Assembly: GCA_003344405.1 (NCBI GenBank)
Contig: NOWV01000110.1
Span: forward strand, 1 to 64,000
Direction of reading: 5' to 3'
Source of the DNA: Trichoplax sp. H2
Lineage: Eukaryota
Length of the DNA: 64,000 nt
The notes beneath the pieces were generated by a model, which was not told the origin of the DNA, made no database searches, and saw only the letters and a program-made list of their open reading frames with translations. The stretch's first letter is position 1. The number at the start of each line of letters is the position of its first letter. Positions 59,301 through 64,000 of the stretch are shown here, in pieces. A program made the position numbers and the translations under genes.

Positions 59301-59645
59301 AAGTTGCATCAAGAGCTCAGGCTCAACCGAAACTGATTGGACAAAAACCATGACAATGGTATGTTAACTGTGATTCTGTAAAATAATCTACTGTAAGATC
59401 TTAAATTGCAGTAGCAGTTGTAAATGTATTACTGCTTCAGATCAGTCATCCCTACAATGATTTCGTATCTGTAGATAACTTTATGACATTAATTAAAAAT
59501 GCCATGTCTGTTTAAATGATTTTCTTTATAATTTAAGATTCAAACAGTAAGCACAGCTATTATCTCACAGCAGCCTGCAATACAACCGAAAGATTTAATG
59601 AAAAACTTACTAGCTATTATGAAAGAAGCCAAAGGGTGTAAATAA
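19613..59645 (+). CDS. Giant leucine-rich-repeat GPCR (type C LGR, RXFP/GRL101-like) with LDLa, ~52 LRRs and C-terminal pseudokinase; roughly 2000 aa
   Basis: Continuous phase-compatible chain of ~62 GT-AG exons: signal peptide, LDLa, linker, LRRNT, 52 LRR exons, hinge plus 7TM exon, 5 kinase-region exons (see sub-features). The last exon and stop are uncertain. Confidence 0.8.
23575..24125 (+). mobile_element. Old family C LTR-like copy in intron
   Basis: tgtaacttaacttagtatt...ggctaaagtagagctgtat...ttttcgtgac is similar to 38302-38858. No clear TSD. Confidence 0.55.
24565..55434 (+). CDS. Array of 52 single-LRR exons (phase 2-2)
   Basis: Exon starts: 24565, 25150, 25551, 25769, 26323, 26686, 27868, 28714, 29077, 29234, 29705, 29847, 30040, 32324, 33255, 33487, 34657, 35548, 35720, 35918, 36097, 36296, 36521, 36835, 37007, 37207, 37682, 39844, 40049, 41489, 41719, 41923, 44123, 46292, 46531, 46684, 47495, 48383, 48568, 48745, 49146, 49443, 49596, 51021, 51967, 52168, 52581, 52814, 53621, 54472, 55037, 55363. 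Each is AG...GT bounded, 66-81 nt, a multiple of 3 and stop-free. Examples: DLMRNQIRSIAPRTFDGLNSLKML, NLTGNLITSIEEFAFQDLVQLRIL. Confidence 0.9.
30826..31098. repeat. Two-unit tandem repeat (135 + 130 bp) in intron
   Basis: Unit acta(g/c)tgcaagtactt...cagaacgcgaatgctaaatcatactac...actccgtcg starts at 30826 and 30961, with a third start at 31091. Confidence 0.9.
31140..32230 (-). pseudogene. Degraded coding relic of unknown origin inside an LRR-GPCR intron
   Basis: Minus-strand ORF pieces (31949-32146, 31307-31525) extend through stops and frameshifts into protein-like text. No family recognised. Confidence 0.3.
38302..38858 (+). mobile_element. Solo LTR family C (557 bp)
   Basis: TGTAAT...ATTACA ends; perfect TSD GAAGC; TATAAAA and AATAAA; near-identical inverted copy at 45245-45796. 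Confidence 0.9.
40508..41137 (-). mobile_element. Solo LTR family D (630 bp)
   Basis: TGTCAC...GTAACA ends; perfect TSD CTTGA; first ~230 bp related to the start of the 42061 element; AATAAA and TATA on the minus strand. Confidence 0.85.
42061..42502 (-). mobile_element. Solo LTR family D variant (442 bp)
   Basis: TGTCAC...GTGACA ends; perfect TSD CTGGA. Confidence 0.85.
44418..44925 (-). mobile_element. Solo LTR family B (copy 3, 508 bp)
   Basis: Reverse complement of 16676-17183; perfect TSD CCGAT. Confidence 0.9.
45245..45796 (-). mobile_element. Solo LTR family C (552 bp)
   Basis: Reverse complement of 38302-38858; TG...CA ends; perfect TSD ATAGT. Confidence 0.9.
55911..56983 (+). CDS. 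Hinge plus rhodopsin-class 7TM domain of LGR type (single exon)
   Basis: Acceptor at 55910. Hinge YLCCVVPSSVTVCEP...STCSDLL; TM3 ITLDRY; ECL2 CLP; TM6 TDLICWVP; TM7 PLNSCINPILY. Phase-1 donor after 56974 or 56983; unspliced read-through stops at 57018. Confidence 0.93.
57110..59645 (+). CDS. Degenerate protein-kinase (pseudokinase) domain exons downstream of the 7TM
   Basis: Exons 57110-57180; 57589-57812 (VIAILKLYDLKDRKLWENEK, subdomains II-III); 57974-58166 (DLIQAMESLFSNFIVHGNVNPESILV, VIa-VIb); 59116-59358 (HAVLGNFT, VII; HDL, IX-like); 59538-59645. Junction phases 1,0,2,0,0 are all compatible. Confidence 0.75.
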
Positions 59646-61811
59646 CGAGAATTAGCAATTCGCATTGATGAGTTAGTCTATTTAATTATGAAATCTTTGT
59701 ATTAATAATGGACTATTCATGAAATAGCAATGACTGATGTTACTGATTTTAACGGTTTAATTCATTTACGAAATTTCATTTCTCTTAAAATTCAGCATTT
59801 CTAGCCGACTACCTCGCTTTGCAACTACTAAACTTTGCAATGATGCTAGCAATGAACACTAACACTGCAAAATTATCCGTTAATTAAGTCATTGAACTTC
59901 GTCGCAATAATTTAAATAATCAGCTATAACTGATTTTAATTGCTCATGATTGAATCCAAAATATCTTGCATTTAGAAATTTTATGAATCAGTATTTAGCA
60001 TCTGCTGAGAAATAATTCCTGTTTAAATACCTTTGTGCCGTTGTTGCGGATTGATTTATCCTAATTGTTGGATAACATTATTGTTATCAATCTATTCTAT
60101 TACTTACTTGTCTCAGGATGAGCTCTTATCGTTTTGTTGTCACTTAGTTTCACTTGCAGGCCTGTAAACCACCAAAGAAAGGTATTATTTAGCTAATTTA
60201 TAATTTGATTATAAATCTATTATTACCTGTAAAATAGTTGTCAAGTTATATAAAACTGGGAAAGAAATGTATGAAGTTCTTAATTTTCATAAGGCGAAGC
60301 TGGTATCTGTAACCAACTAGATTAATTCTGTTAAAATCGGAATTTTATCTATCCTCTCTGATGTATCCAATTAAATTATCCAAAATCTTGCAAAGTGAAT
60401 AATACCATATCTCATTTAAGCTTGCTATAGTATAAAAAATCGTTAAACCTTCTTGTATGCATTTCTTACTCGAGAGTTTCATATTCAAGATACTCTCCGT
60501 TTAAAAGTAAGCAAAATGATCGTTTTCGAGAATAATTATTACGATGCTATCGCACAGCAGAGAAGTTAGAGATGTTTAGTGTTGTAGCCTTATTTAGGTT
60601 ATATTCTTCTACTTAATATTGTACATTAATAACATCCAACAGCTTTTTCGAGTACTATAAATTAGAAAGGTATCGACTACGTGTGATGTCGAATCAAGCA
60701 CTGCAAATGTAAAACGTAGAAATTATAGTTCAAAAAAATGAGTGCAGTATATAGAGTACAAATTCTAGGTGAATAAATCTACTGTTATTGGTATTCAGAA
60801 CATATACAGAATGACATAGAGTATAGTAGTGTCCTGTAAATTTCCAAACTTCTTACTCCAACTTAAATTTTTAATCTTTAATCAATACTTTATATGCTCT
60901 TTTGCAGTATTATAGACTTAAGCTTTCATTTTAATGTACATAAGGATAGCTTACATACTTGTATAATAATCGAATTTTCAGAAAAGTAGGAGTAGCAAAG
61001 CATTAATAGAATGATATATATAAGCTACTGTAAGTCAATTTTTCAACATCAAAGTATCATCATTCAATTTTCATGCTCATCTTATTTATTAACTTAAATC
61101 ACAAATTGCCCAATGAATAAATATTGATGAAAGTTGAAAACTTTGAAACTTCATAAATAATTACTAATGAGAAATTTGGATGGTATATTAAAACTTCGTA
61201 GCATTCGACTCCTATACCGTCTAGATTTAATAAGTTTGGTACAATTAATAGTTTTATAGTCTTTTACATGTTTGCCCATGGAGCTTGAAATTCTTTATCA
61301 TACATTTTACGCATATTAGAATTGGATAAGAATTCAGCCAAAATTGCAGTGAGATTAAATTATCCTAATTTAGTATCTCGAAACAGGTGCAGACTTTTCG
61401 GTAACAGATTATTTAATTTACAATGCCTAGTTATCTTAAAGCATGAATTTAACTTTTGCGAGTAAGGTCTGCTTTAGATTTAAGTGCAATCCTTTATGTA
61501 ATAAACTACTTAATATGTTCAATTCTTTAAGCTAATCTGTTGTAACTATGTATCTGACATTAAACGCCTATGTTAATAAATTATAATTAATAGACACTTC
61601 TATTAAGCTATCATAAATCAACGTAATAACAAGTTGTACCTATAATTCTAAGGTTGTAACTGCAAGTTAATGTCAAAATACTTTAGATTGTGTGCACTTT
61701 GAGTGTTGCATGTTATTATATCATTTTTATACCTATATTTTAAATTATTTTTATATTTATATCAAAAAATATAATTGCTATGTTTTTAGTAATATTATTG
61801 ACTGTATATTG

Positions 61812-62127
61812 TGTAGCAATTTGTTATTATTTTGTATGACATTACAGATTCATCATTTTAGGGTGTTAGTTGTTATTGTTATTTATTATTGTAAGTTACT
61901 ATCTGTTTAATCTTCGAATAATATTATTGTAAGAGTGATAGTAAAATATCTCACCTAAAGTATATATATATAATCTTTTCAGTTAGACTTTTCACGTTCT
62001 GATTATTCACGACTATCTGTATCTCTTACACGCTTCTCATAAGCTCAATAAAGATAATCTAAGCTCAACTATTATTGAATATGTCTATTGAAAGTCCCTC
62101 ACTAACTACTGAAACTACATCACCACA
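61812..62127 (+). mobile_element. Solo LTR family E (316 bp)
   Basis: TGTAG...CCACA ends; perfect TSD TATTG; TATA run and AATAAA; empty site (tgtatactgaaag) at ~62545. Confidence 0.85.
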
Positions 62128-62160
62128 TATTGAAAGCACATTAAACCTTTAAATCGTTGC

Positions 62161-62368
62161 TTATGGTGATTTTGTTAGACACATTGCTTTCTTTAACAAC
62201 TTTTTCCCAAATTTTCGTACCGTATTAACTGAATGATTTTCAAGTAACAGGCAAAATTTTCGAAAATCACTATTGTCACGCTTGTCTCGTAATATGCTTG
62301 AAAGCTCCGCTGCTTTATCTTCTTTATGAATCATGTTTTTAATATCAGTAACCTCTCTGGAACTCAAA
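62161..62368 (-). CDS. Second, gap-truncated copy of the CARD-like exon
   Basis: Same peptide as the 3' part of 62582-62922 with one synonymous SNP; cut off by the N run. May be an allelic or assembly duplicate. Confidence 0.5.
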
Positions 62369-62388
62369 NNNNNNNNNNNNNNNNNNNN
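62369..62388. other. Assembly gap (20 N)
   Basis: Run of n characters. Confidence 1.
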
Positions 62389-62581
62389 TCTAAGGTTGTA
62401 ACTGCAAGTTAATGTCAAAATACTTTAGATTGTGTGCACTTTGAGTGTTGCATGTTATTATATCATTTTTATACCTATATTTTAAATTATTTTTATATTT
62501 ATATCAAAAAATATAATTGCTATGTTTTTAGTAATTTTATTGACTGTATACTGAAAGCGCATTAAACCTTTAAATCGTTGC

Positions 62582-62922
62582 TTATGGTGATTTTGTTAGA
62601 CACATTGCTTTCTTTAGCAACTTTTTCCCAAATTTTCGTACCGTATTAACTGAATGATTTTCAAGTAACAGGCAAAATTTTCGAAAATCACTATTGTCAC
62701 GCTTGTCTCGTAATATGCTTGAAAGCTCCGCTGCTTTATCTTCTTTATGAATCATGTTTTTAATATCAGTAACCTCTCTGGAACTCAAAATACCCTTTGA
62801 TTTTAACGGCTCTACTAATTCATCTACAGGAACTATCCGAATAAAGTCCTTGTTATATGTATCTAGGGCTTTTTTTACTTGTAATTTCGATATCGATTCA
62901 CATTCCTCTTCTTCGGATGATC
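62582..62922 (-). CDS. Terminal exon encoding a CARD/death-fold domain
   Basis: KALDTYNKDFIRIVPVDELVEPLKSKGILSSREVTDI...EDKAAELSSILRDKRDNSDFRKFCLLLE fits the CARD pattern (L..L....vl....L...gvL...e...I......ka..Ll..L.......F...L). The ORF-track start is TTG; an AG acceptor at 62923-24 (phase 1) is more likely. A candidate upstream exon 63964-64000 (MMNGNERIASET, phase-1 GTGAGG donor) fits. Confidence 0.75.
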
Positions 62923-64000
62923 CTACGCAACATAACGCCAAAGTAATAAAGAATTAGTATTATTAATGCTATTATGATCGTAATTTAAGCTAGGATTAAA
63001 GTCATGATCGCGTTAAAATCTTTCAAATTCATTTTTGAGATTTCAATTACGTAAATTATTTCGTTTATAAACAGATAACAGAATTCAAATAATGTATCGC
63101 TATTAAGGGAAGTACCTTTAATTTGCGGTAATAGACAGTTGGAATTTAACACAAATTAGTAAATTGTCTATCAATACAAGTTTCAATGGCAGTTTGTCAC
63201 AAATGCATTAAACTTGAGGGATTAATCATAGTAGGTTTTCTTTTTTTGGAGGTCTAAATTTTTAGTCTGAGTAAATTGTTGGAGAATTTTAGACTAGATC
63301 ACTACAGAAAAATTTTTTCGCTGTATTGTAGGAAGAAAGGTCAACTATAGCCTAGTAGCCAATTAATATTTATTCTTATGTCAGAATTTCATAGATAAAC
63401 ATTGACATTGCAGGCTATAGCAATCGTGAGTTTTATTTTATAATGATTCAACCTCATTCAACCTTATGCATCAATGCATCAACTATGAAATTTAGAAAGC
63501 TGATGTTTGAATGAACGTCTACAGATTTATTCATAGTAATCCCTGCTTTATTCTCTTTTAAAATTGTCAAGAGCATATCAAGTAACTAATCATACGCTTA
63601 AATCGTTTAAAATTATTTCATTAGGAATTTTACAAGCATCAAGGCACACTGCTTGTTCTATTTTCCTAGTTGTATTTACGTTTGTGAAAGATTTCCAAAT
63701 TGTTTTCTGTACCGCATAATGCATGTGTAAATTAAGAACATTTAAGATCTAGTAGTCAGAGACTACTTGACTGATCAAAAAACTTTTATATTTATATTCT
63801 TCGTTACAAAGTACAGGAGTTTTCACCATAGAAGCAGTTAGAAAAGCTTATTCGTGTAATAGATGAAGCCTAACTGTAAATAAATTCAGCTACCTGTACA
63901 TTTCGGTATTACGGGCTTTTATAAAAATAATATTTTTTATTACTTTATAGGAATATTCCTCACCAGTTTCACTAGCTATTCTTTCATTTCCATTCATCAT

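Larger units (their letters stand above)
61647..62789. repeat. Direct duplication across an assembly gap (61647-62368 vs 62389-62789)
   Basis: Near-identical sequence on both sides of the N run, with a few SNPs. Copy 2 lacks the 316-bp element. Confidence 0.9.

Noticed and set aside
59796-59886. Additional terminal exon of the GPCR-pseudokinase gene
   Set aside because: Possible through a phase-1 donor near 59637, but read-through to TAA at 59645 is equally plausible; cannot be decided from sequence alone.

Overview
AT-rich, intron-rich eukaryotic (animal) genomic DNA. The style is compatible with an early-branching metazoan such as a placozoan, but that is inference only. The ORF track misses most coding sequence because exons are tiny. 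By reading splice sites I reconstruct three genes. (1) The 3' part of a type-I transmembrane mucin (Ser/Thr domain, EGF, SEA, 3 EGF-like modules, TM, tail; 1-6824, +). (2) A ~40-kb, ~60-exon LRR-containing GPCR gene (19613 to ~59645, +) with signal peptide, atypical LDLa, LRRNT, 52 symmetric phase-2 LRR exons of 66-81 nt (mostly 72), a type-C LGR hinge and 7TM, and then in-phase exons encoding a degenerate protein-kinase (pseudokinase) domain. (3) A CARD/death-fold exon on the minus strand, duplicated across an assembly gap (62161-62922). Introns and intergenic DNA carry at least 5 families of TG...CA solo-LTR-like elements with 5-bp TSDs, including a triple nest and a filled/empty site pair. 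All gene models are by-eye reconstructions without transcript or database support.
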